Origin: Piptocephalis cylindrospora
Taxonomy: Eukaryota
NCBI GenBank assembly: GCA_003614145.1
Contig: KZ987733.1
Coordinates: 1-38,082, forward strand
Direction of reading: 5' to 3'
Length of the DNA: 38,082 nucleotides
Made by a program: the position numbers and the translations under genes. Shown here in pieces: positions 36,757 to 38,082 of this stretch. How positions within the stretch are numbered: position 1 is the stretch's first letter; each line of letters opens with the position of its first letter. Under the pieces are notes generated by a model. It did not search any database and was not told where the DNA came from. It saw nothing but the letters and a program-made list of their open reading frames with translations.

Positions 36757-38082
36757 CCTGGATGGATGGGAGAAGGGAGGATGTAGAATGAAAAATGAGG
36801 TAGTTGGAATGGGTAGGGTCGTGGAGAGAATATTTCAGACGGAAGTCCAGCTGATAGGGATTTTTTTTTCTAGGAAGGTCGAGAAGAAGGAAACGGAAAG
36901 GGTATGATAAAAGAGGAAAGGAGGAATTCTAGAATGTAGAATGAATAGGCAAATGAGCTTACCAGAGGCTTTAGGATCCCTTTGCATATCCTGTTCGCCT
37001 GCATGGTGATGCTCGACGCGATATCTCCCACATGTACCGCATTGGAGGATGACATAGAGTCAGAAGGGCAAGAGAAGCCAGATGAACTCTTCCCCTTCCA
37101 GATGTCAAGGTCGATGGGGAGGAGTCAAGTCTTTGTGCCCCCCTCACAGATCTTGCCACCAAGGGAGGGTGGAAATCTGGGGCAGGGAAGTTGTTTATTA
37201 TTATGACTATGTACATTCCCATGAGGCCCCATCCCAACGCGAAGGGGATATAGGGGGGGGGGGGTGAACTCTCGAATCATCGGTCAGAAATCATCAATGA
37301 TCACGTATCCTCCCGATAACATGACATTCATCCTCTCAAAAGAAATACATCTCGCACTACGAATGTCTGTCAGGAAAAAGGTGGTGTTGCATTCTCAATC
37401 GTTCCCTCTCCTGGCCTTCCCCTGGCGATGAGAGCCAAGGAATTTAAGAGACCTGGGGTATGTGTGCATGAAGGGCCTTTTTACCTATACCATCGCATAC
37501 ACATACGCATACATCACTACCATCATCACATTGATGCAAATCTCTATCTCAGTCGGCGTATACTCGATAAGATGCCTCAAATACCTTTTCTGGGATTCAA
37601 AGGGGGGGTGGCTGGTGGAGTGAAGAGGTGATCGCTGATATCTTCGCTACCATACCAAGCTGATTCTGTCAAGTGCCATTTTCTCGAGGCGCATACGACA
37701 AGTTCCAGGGTCGAGAGATTCATCATTTCCGCTCATCGAGCACTTGAAGGTCAGGTAAAGCAGTAAGCTATACAGTCCGAAACATCTGTTCGATGTGATG
37801 TCATGCTCGTCATCATAAGCTCGATGAGTTTGTTCTTTAGAGGGGCAATCTACCTAATGGATCACCCATGGCGCCTTCCACGTGAAGCCCCAAGTCTCTT
37901 TCACGATCAATCAGAGGTACTCCCATCTGATCATGTTCATCGATGAAGACACAATGTCAAAATCGGAACCAAAAATATAGAGTGAGATTGATTATCCCTC
38001 TTCTCCTGACACTCTATCTCTGTCCCCCCTTCTTCTCGACCTTCCTAGAAAAAAAAATCCCTATCAGCTGGACTTCCGTCTG

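Noticed and set aside
1..38082. tRNA, rRNA, snRNA, transposase or reverse-transcriptase genes, U12-type introns, biosynthetic cluster
   Set aside because: None recognised by eye. The introns examined are ordinary GT-AG and the genes are functionally unrelated housekeeping loci. tRNAscan-SE and Rfam would be needed to exclude small RNAs.

Overview
Eukaryotic, intron-containing, gene-dense fungal DNA of roughly 50% GC by eye, with short GT-AG introns. A chitin synthase together with a clear FANCD2 and an N-CoR-like corepressor points to an early-diverging (non-Dikarya) fungus; a zoopagalean such as Piptocephalis is only a guess. Gene order: 3' part of FANCD2 (+), a 7-TM GPCR-like gene (-), mitochondrial malate dehydrogenase (-), a 10-N gap with poly-C tracts and a near-perfect 57-bp inverted repeat, URB1/NPA1 (+), an N-CoR/SNT1-like double-SANT protein (-), an OCA1-like phosphatase (+), BLM10/PA200 (-), a 69-aa secreted orphan (+) and a division-1 chitin synthase (-). 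Exon boundaries were worked out by hand from GT/AG sites and frame continuity, and family calls come from recalled motifs, not database searches. No convincing new multi-gene system, CRISPR array, RNA gene or autonomous mobile element was found. Best leads: the hairpin upstream of URB1, a degenerate ~55-bp repeat cluster in the SNT1/OCA1 divergent intergenic region, the animal-like N-CoR with a split deacetylase-activation domain, the unusual GPCR and the small secreted peptide.
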